60,922 nt of DNA, from contig CAMCQY010000005.1 of assembly GCA_945877135.1 (NCBI GenBank), positions 1 to 60,922 of the forward strand, read 5' to 3'. A program made the translations under genes and the position numbers. The DNA comes from Candidatus Kuenenia stuttgartensis (GTDB taxonomy: Bacteria > Planctomycetota > Planctomycetia > Pirellulales > UBA1268). The number at the start of each line of letters is the position of its first letter. Positions within the stretch are counted from its first letter, which is position 1. Of the stretch, positions 20,069 to 29,476 are shown in pieces. The notes beneath the pieces were generated by a model. That model made no database searches and was not told where the DNA came from. It saw nothing but the letters and a program-made list of their open reading frames with translations.

Positions 20069-21352
20069 TCACCGATTCTTCGCGTTGGCCACCGCCTCGC
20101 AGACGTCGTCCACCACGGCCTCGTCCACGTGGGCCCCGATCGGCAGGGAGAGGCTGCGGGCCGACAAGAGTTCGGTGCCGGGGAGCGGCCGCGTGCGGTC
20201 GTAGAAGTGTTCGAAGGCGGTCTGCCGGTGGCAGGGTGGATCGTAGTAGGTTCGTGTCTCGATACCGCGGGCCGCGAGTGCCCGCCGGACTGAGTCGCGG
20301 GTCATCCCAAACCGTGCGGGGTCGATCGTGATCGAGAAATCCTTGTGGCACGACAGACTGCCCGCCGCCGATTCGACGAATCCGATCCCTGGCAACTGCT
20401 CCAGTTCATGGCGGTAGCGGGCCGCAATCTGCCGCCGCCGATTGGCGACGTCATCGAGCATCGCCAGCGACGAGAGGGCTACGGCAGCGCTCAGTTCCGG
20501 CATCCGGCCGTTGACGCCGGCGAACAAGGCGTCATACGAGCCGTCGTTGCCATACTCGCGGCCCAATCGCACGAAATGCGCGAGGCAGTCGCAATCGGTG
20601 GCGATGATTCCCCCCTCGCCTGCGACGAGCAGCTTCGTGGGCGACAGGCTGAACACCTGCGCCGTCGCGCCCGCCCCCACCGCCCGGCCGTGCGTGGTCG
20701 CCCCGAAGCCGTGGGCGGCATCGATGATCAGCGGCAGACCGTGCTCGGCGGCCACCGCCGCCAGCGCCGGCACATCGCACGGATTGCCGAAGTTGTGGCA
20801 GGCCGAGATGGCGACCGTCCGCGGCGTGATGGCCGCCGCCACGGCCTGCGGAGTGACATTCGTCGTACGGGGATCGACGTCGATGAACACGGGTCGCAGA
20901 TTGTTCCAGATGATCGCGGCGGGCCCCGCAAGAAACGTGAAGCTGGGAACGATGACTTCGCCGAGCGGCTCGCTGCGAACGCCGCTGCGGACCGTACCAA
21001 ACCGCGTGAGCGGCTCCATCGAACCGACGGCACACCCGCTTCCCGCGGCCCGTCGGCTGCGACAACCGCCTGCCGACAGATCGAGGCCTTTGTAAACGAG
21101 CATCAGCCCGACCGTGCAGCTGCTTACCGCGACCGCGTGACGCACGCCCAGCCGCGCCGCGATCGCTTTCTCCAGGCGGTCCACGAACGGCCCTTTCGTG
21201 AGCCTGCCGCTGGCGAGAATCTCGGCCGCCGCCGGCCCGAACGCCTCCCAAGACGGCAGCGCCGGCCGGACAAACGGCACGCGGATCTCCGCAGCCGCCG
21301 AATCGGCGGCTGAGTGCACCTCGGGAATGACGGGAAATCGACTACTTGGCAT
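20069..21352 (-). CDS. DegT/DnrJ/EryC1/StrS PLP-dependent sugar aminotransferase
   Basis: IPFVRP-like start, VSSCT, EVIVPSFTF, IDAAHGFG, FSLSPTK..AGEGG. Confidence 0.92.
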   Translation of the reverse strand: MPSSRFPVIPEVHSAADSAAAEIRVPFVRPALPSWEAFGPAAAEILASGRLTKGPFVDRLEKAIAARLGVRHAVAVSSCTVGLMLVYKGLDLSAGGCRSRRAAGSGCAVGSMEPLTRFGTVRSGVRSEPLGEVIVPSFTFLAGPAAIIWNNLRPVFIDVDPRTTNVTPQAVAAAITPRTVAISACHNFGNPCDVPALAAVAAEHGLPLIIDAAHGFGATTHGRAVGAGATAQVFSLSPTKLLVAGEGGIIATDCDCLAHFVRLGREYGNDGSYDALFAGVNGRMPELSAAVALSSLAMLDDVANRRRQIAARYRHELEQLPGIGFVESAAGSLSCHKDFSITIDPARFGMTRDSVRRALAARGIETRTYYDPPCHRQTAFEHFYDRTRPLPGTELLSARSLSLPIGAHVDEAVVDDVCEAVANAKNR

Positions 21353-23321
21353 GGGCTTTGCGGGGTGGTTCCACATCGGGCCCATCGGCAGCGTGACTGC
21401 CGTACTCGACGACCATATCGCGCAGCAGAGACTTTACCACCTCGGGCGGTTCGTCAGTCACATCGGCAAGCTCGTCGATCACCCTCTCCGCCGCTTCCAG
21501 GGCGGTGGGCCGATGCAGCGCACAAAACACCTTGGGATGGCTCGTGGGCACCCGCTGCTCGTCGTCGAAGTAGAGCTCCTCGTAGAGCTTTTCGCCGGGC
21601 CGCAAACCGGTAAACACGATCTCGATGTCGTCTTCGCCGAGCCCCGATAGGGCGATCAGGTCGCGGGCCAGATCGACGATCTTCACGCTCTCGCCCATGT
21701 CGAGCACGAAGATCTCGCCGCCATTGCCCATCGCCGCAGCCTGCAGGACGAGTTGCGACGCTTCAGGAATCATCATGAAGTAGCGGGCAATGTCGGGGTG
21801 CGTGATCGTGATCGGGCCGCCGAGGCGGATCTGCTCCTGAAAGATCGGCACCACGCTGCCGTTGCTGGCGAGCACGTTGCCGAACCGGACGACGCAGAAT
21901 TTCGTCTTCGACTCGGTCGATAGGGCCTGCACGAAACGCTCCGCAATCAGCTTCGAGCAGCCCATCACGCTCGTCGGATTGACCGCCTTGTCGGTCGAGA
22001 TCATGACGAACTCACGAACGCCATGCCTGTCGGCCAACCGGGCGAGGATCTGCGTGCCGACGCAATTGTTCTTGATCGCCTCGGCGGGATTCCACTCCAT
22101 CATCGGCACGTGCTTGTGGGCCGCCGCGTGGAAGATCACCTCCGGCCGGTGGGTGGTCATGATCTGATCGATCCTGGCCGAGTCGGTGATGTCGGCGATG
22201 AGCGGCTCGAACGGTGGCCGCGGCTCGTGTCGGCAAAGCTCCTGCTCGAGGAGAAACAGGGAGTTCTCGCCACGTTCGACCAGCAGCAGTCTCTTGGGAT
22301 TGAATCGGAGCACCTGCCGGCAGATCTCCGAGCCGATCGACCCACCTGCGCCGGTGACCATGACCGTGCTGCCTTCGATAAGCTGCCGCACAGCGGCGTT
22401 GTCGAGCTCGACCGGCTCGCGTCGCAGGAGGTCCTTGATCTCGACCGACCGGGGCTTCACATGCAGGTTCGTGTCGTGGCCGGCGAGCAGTTCATCGATG
22501 GCGGGCATCACCTTGACCTGCGATCCGGCCGATGTGCAGGTGTCGAGCAGCTTCCGAAACCGCCGGCCCGTGAGGCTGCCCGACCGCACCATCACCTCGT
22601 CAACCCGCCGCCTCTCCACCTCCCGACCGACGCTGTCGATGGTGCCGAGTACTTCCAGCCCCGCCACGCGGTTGTGGAGCATGCCGGGATCGTCGTCGAG
22701 GAAGCCGACCACGAAATACTGCATGTGCTTCGCCGACATGAGCGTGCGGGCGAGCAACTCGCCGGACTCATCCGCACCGATGATCAGTGCCGTCCGAACC
22801 GGCTTGCTCGTGAAGATCGGCCGCAACTCTTCACGAATGCTCCGCCACAGGGCCCTGATGCCACCGATCGCGAGCACCGTGCCAGCCCAGTCGAGCACGA
22901 AGACGCTCCGCGGCACCCGCTGGAACTCACCGAATCGCCCCGAGGTGAGGAGCAGCGATTCCACCGACGTGAGCACGAGCATCGAGAGCGTCGCGGCCCA
23001 GACGAGGCTGGTGAGGTCGTTGAACGACACCCGCCGCCACGACACGTGGCAGTGGCCGAGGGCGTAGAAGATGCAGGTCTTGATCACCACGACGCCAATC
23101 AGCGTGCGCGGAGAAAGCCACGTCCACGTCGAGCCGACGCTGAAGTCACTGCGGATGAAGAATGCGAAGCAGAAGATCGCCGCGAACAGGAGGGCGTGGA
23201 GGCACAGCAGCACCAGAGCCTTCTTGTTGACTGGCCGCAAGGAACCGGGATGGGACGTGAGTGTGTTCATCGTGATGGCATACCTACGATAACGAAGCAG
23301 CCGTTGCTGGCTGGTCACCAC
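21342..23321 (-). CDS. PglF/CapD-like membrane-anchored UDP-GlcNAc 4,6-dehydratase
   Basis: 4 N-terminal TM, TGAGGSIGSE, HAAAHKHVP, STDKAVNP..VMG.SK, RFGNVL.S.GSV, GLRPGEKL.EEL; alternative ATG at 23270. Confidence 0.93.
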   Translation of the reverse strand: MVTSQQRLLRYRRYAITMNTLTSHPGSLRPVNKKALVLLCLHALLFAAIFCFAFFIRSDFSVGSTWTWLSPRTLIGVVVIKTCIFYALGHCHVSWRRVSFNDLTSLVWAATLSMLVLTSVESLLLTSGRFGEFQRVPRSVFVLDWAGTVLAIGGIRALWRSIREELRPIFTSKPVRTALIIGADESGELLARTLMSAKHMQYFVVGFLDDDPGMLHNRVAGLEVLGTIDSVGREVERRRVDEVMVRSGSLTGRRFRKLLDTCTSAGSQVKVMPAIDELLAGHDTNLHVKPRSVEIKDLLRREPVELDNAAVRQLIEGSTVMVTGAGGSIGSEICRQVLRFNPKRLLLVERGENSLFLLEQELCRHEPRPPFEPLIADITDSARIDQIMTTHRPEVIFHAAAHKHVPMMEWNPAEAIKNNCVGTQILARLADRHGVREFVMISTDKAVNPTSVMGCSKLIAERFVQALSTESKTKFCVVRFGNVLASNGSVVPIFQEQIRLGGPITITHPDIARYFMMIPEASQLVLQAAAMGNGGEIFVLDMGESVKIVDLARDLIALSGLGEDDIEIVFTGLRPGEKLYEELYFDDEQRVPTSHPKVFCALHRPTALEAAERVIDELADVTDEPPEVVKSLLRDMVVEYGSHAADGPDVEPPRKAHAK

Positions 23322-23327
23322 GGCTGG

Positions 23328-23882
23328 TCACAGCCGTTCGAGGTCGATGTCCTCCAGTTCGATCGAGGCACCTTGGTTGAGGAAACGGACCGCCACGACG
23401 AGCCGCTGTTCGTTTCGCCGCTTGACCACCATCCCCTCGAGCCCCAGAAGCGGCCCGCTCCGCACCCGCACGGGCTGGCCCTCTTCGAGCCGAGCCTCGG
23501 GCGTAAGCGGCTGATCGGTGTCGATGAGACGCTTGATGTTTCGCAGATCGGCGATGAACGCAGTCGCATCACCGATCGGTAGCCAGCGGGCAACCGTGTT
23601 GGTGGCGAGCGCGGCCCGCCGCTGCTCGTCATCGACCCGGGAAAATACGTAGCCCGGGAAGAGTGGTACGTAGGAGACCCGCGTTCGCCCGCCCGGCGAT
23701 CGCAGCCGCCGCTTGACCAGCGGCGCGTAGAAAGGAACGGTCGCCGCCTCGAGCTTCCGCATCAAGTCCTTCTCGCGGCGCGAGAGCGTATAGAAAGCAA
23801 TCCACCCCGCGGCGTCGGCCACCTCCTGCTCATCGAGCAATTCAGCGGGAAAGATGTCGCGCTGTTTGGGGAGGATTGGCAT
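23328..23882 (-). CDS. NusG paralog, operon-specific antiterminator (RfaH/UpxY/LoaP-like)
   Basis: W..FYT..RREK, PLFPGYVF (NGN domain), GQPVRVRSGPL.GLEG (KOW); first gene of polysaccharide locus. Confidence 0.88.
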   Translation of the reverse strand: MPILPKQRDIFPAELLDEQEVADAAGWIAFYTLSRREKDLMRKLEAATVPFYAPLVKRRLRSPGGRTRVSYVPLFPGYVFSRVDDEQRRAALATNTVARWLPIGDATAFIADLRNIKRLIDTDQPLTPEARLEEGQPVRVRSGPLLGLEGMVVKRRNEQRLVVAVRFLNQGASIELEDIDLERL

Positions 23883-24129
23883 GCTTGGAAGTCTGGGTGA
23901 GACGCATCCGCGGCCAGCATTGTGAGACGGCGCACTCCGTTCTCGTGGGTGGTTATGACCCGCCCGAATAAGAGCGTCGTTTCGCGAATCAATAGCTCCA
24001 CTTATCTTACGCCGGGGGGCAACCCCTGTCGCCATTTTAAGAGCGGTCCTGACAAACGGGGCAAAGTTTTCCGCGCGAGTCTGTCGAAGAAGACGATTGG
24101 AGCGATTGTGCCGGTCGCAGGGACTTTGC

Positions 24130-25473
24130 ATGCACGCCGCGAATCTCACTCAAAAATGTCGTCAAAGGATCGCCAGCGGGCGGTTCGGACGGCGGTTGCA
24201 CACCGCCTGCGTGGCACTGTTGATCGCTTCGACGATCCTTTCCAGCGGTTGCAGCATCTACGGCCGGCCCCAACGAACCGCCACCCGCCAGGCGACGCTC
24301 GACGCCAACTGCCCACCCGAATCGGGCCGCATGCCTGCCAAGGAACTGGCAAAGGTGACCCTCCCGCCCTATGTGATCGAGCCCCCGGACATCCTGCTCA
24401 TCGACGCGCTCCGCGTCGTGCCAAAGCCGCCGTTCCGTATCCAATCGTTCGACACGCTTCAAGTCATCGTGGAGGGCACCCTCCTCGAACAGCCGATTAG
24501 CGGACTCTACGTGGTGGAGCCCGGCGGCATGCTCGACCTGGGGCCCTCATACGGCAAAGTGATGGTTGGTGGGCAGTCTCTCGAGGAAGCACAGGACGCC
24601 GTGTTTCGCCACCTGAAGCGAATCCTTCGCGAGCCGCAGGTGTCGCTGACGCTGGCCCAAGCGGCAGGCCAGCAGCAGATCGCCGGGGAACACCTGGTAG
24701 GCCCCGACGGCACCATCAATCTGGGCACTTATGGAAATGTCTACATCACGGGCATGACGCTCGCCGAAGCCAAGGCGGCCATCGAGGCACAACTCTCGAA
24801 ATTCCTCGACGCGCCGCTCGTGAGCGTGGACGTGTTCAGCTACAACTCCAAGGTCTACTACGTCATCACGGAGGGTGCCGGCTTCGGCGACAACGTGGCT
24901 CGGTTCCCCGTGACCGGCAATGAAACGGTGCTCGACGCGATCGCCGGCATCAACGGCCTCTCGCGGCTGTCGAGCAAAGACATCTGGATCGCCAGGCCCG
25001 CTCCCTCGGGCGTGGGCTGTGACCAGGTGCTGCCGGTGGACATCGAGGCGATCATGAAGGGGGGCTCCACGGCCACCAACTACCAACTCCTGCCGGGCGA
25101 TCGGGTGTTCATCGCCCAGGATCCCTGGATCGCCTTCGATAGCATCGTCGACAAGGTCACCGGGCCTTTCGAACGGATCTTTGGGTTCAGTCTCCTCGGC
25201 GTGCAGACCGTCCAAACGTTCAACCGGCTGCCGTTCGGCTTCAATCCCAACAACGGCTTCTGCTGGGTGGCACGCGAGGTCTATGGCGACCAGAACCCGA
25301 AGTGGCTGCTGTTCAGGGCCTGGCTGCTGACGGAAGCCCCGACCTGGCTGCGTGACCTCTACGCGGAACATGGCGAGGAATTCGCCGCCTGGATCCACGA
25401 CAAGCCGATCGTGAAGGCGGCCGTGAAGGCCCTCATGGATCGGGCCATCGCAGGATATGGCCTGTCGGAGTGA
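24130..25473 (+). CDS. Wza-like polysaccharide export lipoprotein with extra C-terminal domain
   Basis: Lipobox LSSGC; PYVIEPPDIL; two Poly_export repeats (VEPGG..DLG..YG; VGPDG.INLG.YG); SLBB; YQLLPGDRVF. Confidence 0.88.
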   Translation: MHAANLTQKCRQRIASGRFGRRLHTACVALLIASTILSSGCSIYGRPQRTATRQATLDANCPPESGRMPAKELAKVTLPPYVIEPPDILLIDALRVVPKPPFRIQSFDTLQVIVEGTLLEQPISGLYVVEPGGMLDLGPSYGKVMVGGQSLEEAQDAVFRHLKRILREPQVSLTLAQAAGQQQIAGEHLVGPDGTINLGTYGNVYITGMTLAEAKAAIEAQLSKFLDAPLVSVDVFSYNSKVYYVITEGAGFGDNVARFPVTGNETVLDAIAGINGLSRLSSKDIWIARPAPSGVGCDQVLPVDIEAIMKGGSTATNYQLLPGDRVFIAQDPWIAFDSIVDKVTGPFERIFGFSLLGVQTVQTFNRLPFGFNPNNGFCWVAREVYGDQNPKWLLFRAWLLTEAPTWLRDLYAEHGEEFAAWIHDKPIVKAAVKALMDRAIAGYGLSE

Positions 25474-25524
25474 GGCTCGCCGCCACCGCCGAGTGGTATC
25501 AGCGAACAGCCGGTGGTATAGAAG

Positions 25525-26004
25525 ATGAAGTGTCTCCTCCAGGAGAAGCCTGAGATGAAAATGCTTTGCCAACTTGGAACGATGACGTCGACCATTGCAG
25601 GGACGCTGGCACGGACGTTGTCTGCGACGTCTGCCCTCGGCATCCTGCTGTCGGCCGTGGCCACCGCACAGGGGCCGGGCGGGATGCAGGGTGGCGGCAA
25701 CGCGCCGTTTTCCAACATCACCCGCCGGCCTTCTATCAGTCCCTATATGGGGCTGGCCTTCCAGGGAAACAACCCCGAGACGGGCGGAACCCTCGGTGCC
25801 ATGCAGGGCCTCGTGCGACCCCAGCAGCAGCAGTTTGCCCAACAGCAACAGGCCGCCCGCCAGTCGCGGCAACTCAGCCAGCTTCAGGGGCAGGTGCGAA
25901 AGATCCAGCGGCCGACGGGTGGCACCGAAATCCAGACGATTCGCGCCACGGGCCATGCCTCGACATTCATGGAAATGTCCCACTTCTACCCGTCGGCTCG
26001 CTAG
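25525..26004 (+). CDS. Secreted hypothetical protein, Gln-rich
   Basis: Signal-peptide-like stretch ending ATA-Q; RPSISPY and RATGH..TFM..SHFY motifs; start may be 25555. Confidence 0.65.
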   Translation: MKCLLQEKPEMKMLCQLGTMTSTIAGTLARTLSATSALGILLSAVATAQGPGGMQGGGNAPFSNITRRPSISPYMGLAFQGNNPETGGTLGAMQGLVRPQQQQFAQQQQAARQSRQLSQLQGQVRKIQRPTGGTEIQTIRATGHASTFMEMSHFYPSAR

Positions 26005-26010
26005 CAGACT

Positions 26011-26667
26011 GTGGCATACGTTCGCTCCATCACTCGTGCGGCCGTCGTTGCCGTGTCGGTGTGGACAGGGTTCTGTGCCGCCGACGACACAGGCGTGCGG
26101 CCCGCGTTGACGGAGACGGCCGCGGCCCGTCCGACGATGCAACAACTGGGCCCGGCCGAAGTCCTTGGCAAGCCGCCATCATCCCGCGAACTGGCCTCGA
26201 GCCGGGCCGAAGTGCACCGGCGTTTTCGTGAGCCACTTTCCCATACGAATACCGCGGCGGGGGCGCGGCTGGCCGCGGAGACCCTGCTCACGGCCGCCAT
26301 CACCGAGAACGACCGGTCTCTCAAATGGCTGATGCTCGATGAGGCGCGTCGGCTGGGCGAGGCGTCCGGTCAGGCCAGCCTCGTGAGCCGCGCGATCACG
26401 ATGGCGGCGGCGGTCTACGATTTCGACGCGATCGAGATGGAGTTGCGCTGCCTCAAGCAGATTCCGCTCCGCGGCCTCGATTCCCAGCGGGCGTCCAGCC
26501 TGGCGTCGGCCGCGGAAAACATCGCCACCCGTGCCGAAGCCGATCAGCGGCTCGACAAGGCTGTCTCCGCGACCCTGCTCGCCTATCGCGCCTGGCAACG
26601 AGCAGGCAACAAAGAGGCCGCCCATCGCGCCGCCACGCGGCATGACACGCTGGTTCAAGGGAAGTGA
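26011..26667 (+). CDS. Secreted alpha-helical hypothetical protein
   Basis: ORF fills gap, signal-like N-terminus, high-GC3 codon use. Confidence 0.6.
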   Translation: MAYVRSITRAAVVAVSVWTGFCAADDTGVRPALTETAAARPTMQQLGPAEVLGKPPSSRELASSRAEVHRRFREPLSHTNTAAGARLAAETLLTAAITENDRSLKWLMLDEARRLGEASGQASLVSRAITMAAAVYDFDAIEMELRCLKQIPLRGLDSQRASSLASAAENIATRAEADQRLDKAVSATLLAYRAWQRAGNKEAAHRAATRHDTLVQGK

Positions 26668-26702
26668 CGAAAAGATCGTGTGGACGCAACGTTTGACGCG
26701 AA

Positions 26703-28475
26703 TCAATCAAACGGCCTGCGCTTCTTTCTCGGAGTGGCGGGCTCCTGCGGCTTCGCGGCTTTTTCGGCGGTCGGCTCATCATCGTCCCGATCGGCACCGC
26801 GATCTTCATCCAGCGGCTGATCCTCCTGTTCCTGCCTTTCCCGCCACGGCTTCTCTGCCTCGTAGCTCGCCAGCTCACCCGCCAGCTGTGTTTTCACTTC
26901 GGGAGAACTCCCTTCCGACTCGACCGCCTGCTTGCTGTATTTCCGCGCTTCGGCGAAATCACCCGTCTCGGCGTAGCCGGCAGCCAATGTGCTGATGATG
27001 TGCGGCTGCTTCCAGGTCGTGCCCTCGCAGGCCTTCTTCGCCAGTTCGATCGCCCGCTTGCCATCCCGCAGTGACTCGTCAGGCGATGTGGCCAGCAGCC
27101 ACGCCAGGTTGTTGAGAACGCCCGAGTCGTCAGGCTCGAGCTCCAGTGCCTTCTCCAGGTCGGCCCGCGCCGCCTTGTGGTCGCCGATCGAAATTTCTGC
27201 ATCGCTGCGGCTCCGCCAGCTTGCGAAGTTCTTGTCGTCGAGTTCGATCGATCGTGTGAAACGCTTGATCGCCTGACGGGGCTGCTTCGCCGCCAGGTAG
27301 AGCATGCCAAGCTGCCCCATGAGCACGGCGTCGTCGGGCTTCTGCGCCACCAGTTTTCGGAAATCGCGGATCGCAGCCGGGTAGTCGTTGCGCTCGGCGG
27401 CGATCAGGCCACGCAATTCGATGGCCGCCGGATGATCTGGGTGCTTCGCGAGTACCCGTTCGAGATCCGCTCCAGCCCGCTCCGAATCGCCCGCCTGCTG
27501 ATGGATTCGGGCGCGGAGCACGAGCGGCAAGGCCTCGTCGGGGGCGATCCGGATGGCCTTGTCGAGGTCGGCGATCGCCTCGGGCCGATCGCCACGCATG
27601 GCCCGTACGCGGGCCCTCTGCAGGAGCGCGGCGGAGGAGTCCGGGGCGAGCTTGATGGCCCGGTCAAATGCCTGCTCCGCGGCCTCGAGCTTGTCGCCCA
27701 TCATCAGCGACAGACCGAGCGCCTCCTGCAGCGAGGCGTCTTCGGGGTCGGCTTCGATGGCGGCCTCCAGGTCGCCGCGGGCCTTCTCGAACTCATCCGT
27801 GAGTAGGTAAAACAGACCACGGGTGCGGCGGATGTCCTTGTCACGTGGCGCGAGTTCGACCGCCTTGTCGTAGTGCGAGCCGCGCTCCGCACGGGCCTCC
27901 GCGTCGGTGGTATTGCCGAGCACGATGTGAGCCTGGGCCGTCTGCAGCTTGTCGTCGGAGAGCAGCTCAATCGCCTTCGTGGCCGCCGTGCGGGCCCGCT
28001 CCCGATTACCGCCAGGCAGGCTTTCCAGCTGCGCGATCATGAGTTGCGCGTCGCCGAGATTCGGATTCCGCTCGATGACTTCGTTGAGGTCGCGCATCGC
28101 AAACGAACGCAGCCGCGGCCACTGCGGATCGGGGGCCTCGACCTCGTAGATCGCCTGCACGATCCGGCCGGCGCGATACATCAGCGTGTCGGTGTAGAGA
28201 TCTTCCGCAAACTGCTGCTGGTCGGCGGCGAGCCCCTTCTTGATGGCCCGCTTGCAGAGGTCGAGCACATTGGCGAAGTCGTCGATGCTCTGCGCGGAAA
28301 GCTTCGCATCGACCGCTGCATCGAGGTCGTCCTGACCGGGCGACTCAGCCGTGGCGGGCGACTCCGTCGCGGCCTGCTCGGTCGCGGCACCCGTCGGCTC
28401 CGCGGCCGCAGCAGTCGCGGCAGCGGCAAGCAGGGCAGACACGAGCAACAGGCGATGGCTGAAAGAAATCTTCAT
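26703..28475 (-). CDS. Secreted tetratricopeptide repeat protein
   Basis: Signal peptide; many A..D...AI.L.P repeats; LNNLAWLLAT..RDG.RAI..A..ACE, TLAAGYAETGDF. Confidence 0.88.
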   Translation of the reverse strand: MKISFSHRLLLVSALLAAAATAAAAEPTGAATEQAATESPATAESPGQDDLDAAVDAKLSAQSIDDFANVLDLCKRAIKKGLAADQQQFAEDLYTDTLMYRAGRIVQAIYEVEAPDPQWPRLRSFAMRDLNEVIERNPNLGDAQLMIAQLESLPGGNRERARTAATKAIELLSDDKLQTAQAHIVLGNTTDAEARAERGSHYDKAVELAPRDKDIRRTRGLFYLLTDEFEKARGDLEAAIEADPEDASLQEALGLSLMMGDKLEAAEQAFDRAIKLAPDSSAALLQRARVRAMRGDRPEAIADLDKAIRIAPDEALPLVLRARIHQQAGDSERAGADLERVLAKHPDHPAAIELRGLIAAERNDYPAAIRDFRKLVAQKPDDAVLMGQLGMLYLAAKQPRQAIKRFTRSIELDDKNFASWRSRSDAEISIGDHKAARADLEKALELEPDDSGVLNNLAWLLATSPDESLRDGKRAIELAKKACEGTTWKQPHIISTLAAGYAETGDFAEARKYSKQAVESEGSSPEVKTQLAGELASYEAEKPWRERQEQEDQPLDEDRGADRDDDEPTAEKAAKPQEPATPRKKRRPFD

Positions 28476-28636
28476 GGGGTCGATGCTTCCTGTGGACCTG
28501 GCCCAAACGGGGGCCATCTTGCTTATCCGGCAATAGCCTCATCCAACACGAATAGTATGGGGCAAGCGGTCGCTTTCCTGCCATGCTGGCTTTTTTCGCG
28601 CATGCGGGCCCCAGACAACACGCTCCAGCCGCCAGG

Positions 28637-29467
28637 CTACAGCGGTGCAGGGAGGTCGCGTCTGGCGAACACAAAGGCCCCGATCACATAGGCAGCCACG
28701 CCAACGCCCACGAGCACGCTGTCGTAGACCGCAAGCAGCCGCCACGATTCGGCGGCATCCCCGACCAGTCGCTGCGGCTCATAGGCATTCAGGATTGACA
28801 GGTAGCCGACCCAGCCGAGTGGCGTGCTGAGCCGCCCCACCAGTTTGGCAAGGATCGAAAACACGTAGAAGCCGCAGAGAATCCCGATGGTTCGCCAGCG
28901 GTAGCTATCGGCAGCGGAGACGCCGGCCGTAATGCCGGCCATGCAGACCATCAGACCAAACACATTCGCTGCCGCAGGCAGGAAGCGAAACGGGTCAACC
29001 TTGCCGGCCCAGGGGCCCAGGGCAATCGCACCCCAGACCGCTGCAAACAGCACGACGCAGAGGAGGGCCGCAGCGGCCGTGGTCGCCAACGCTTGCGTGA
29101 CGAACACAGCCACCCGCCGCACGGGGGCCGCCAGCACCATCTCCATCGTGCCGCGTTCAAGCTGACCGGAGACGGCATCACTGCCTCGCGTAATGCCCCA
29201 CACCGTGGCGGCCAGCACGACTACCGGATCGACGAAGGCGAGGGCGATGCGGCCGGCATGCGTGGCCACCTCTGTGAACGGCACGCCCGAGAGCCGCTGC
29301 CAGTCCTTCGGAATGGCCCGCAGGAGCACGTCCTGAAAAGCCGGCATCGGAATCTGCGCGGAAAGCCAGATGTAGATCCAGGGAAACGCGGTCCACAGAG
29401 CCAGGAGCGACAGCACCAGCACCCGCTGGTCACCCCACGTTTTTTTCCAGATGGCGGTATTCCACAT
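28637..29467 (-). CDS. ABC-2 type exporter permease
   Basis: 6 TM; ERGTMEMVLA.PV.R; C-terminal F.RRD. Confidence 0.85.
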   Translation of the reverse strand: MWNTAIWKKTWGDQRVLVLSLLALWTAFPWIYIWLSAQIPMPAFQDVLLRAIPKDWQRLSGVPFTEVATHAGRIALAFVDPVVVLAATVWGITRGSDAVSGQLERGTMEMVLAAPVRRVAVFVTQALATTAAAALLCVVLFAAVWGAIALGPWAGKVDPFRFLPAAANVFGLMVCMAGITAGVSAADSYRWRTIGILCGFYVFSILAKLVGRLSTPLGWVGYLSILNAYEPQRLVGDAAESWRLLAVYDSVLVGVGVAAYVIGAFVFARRDLPAPL

Positions 29468-29476
29468 GACGGCATC

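Noticed and set aside
23883-24129. ops/JUMPstart element or clear sigma70 promoter for the polysaccharide operon
   Set aside because: No GGCGGTAG; TAAAAT is present but the nearest TTG hexamer is 19 bp away
22023-26145. Long ORFs 22023..23582 (+) and 24547..26145 (-)
   Set aside because: Antisense to well-supported PglF-like and Wza genes
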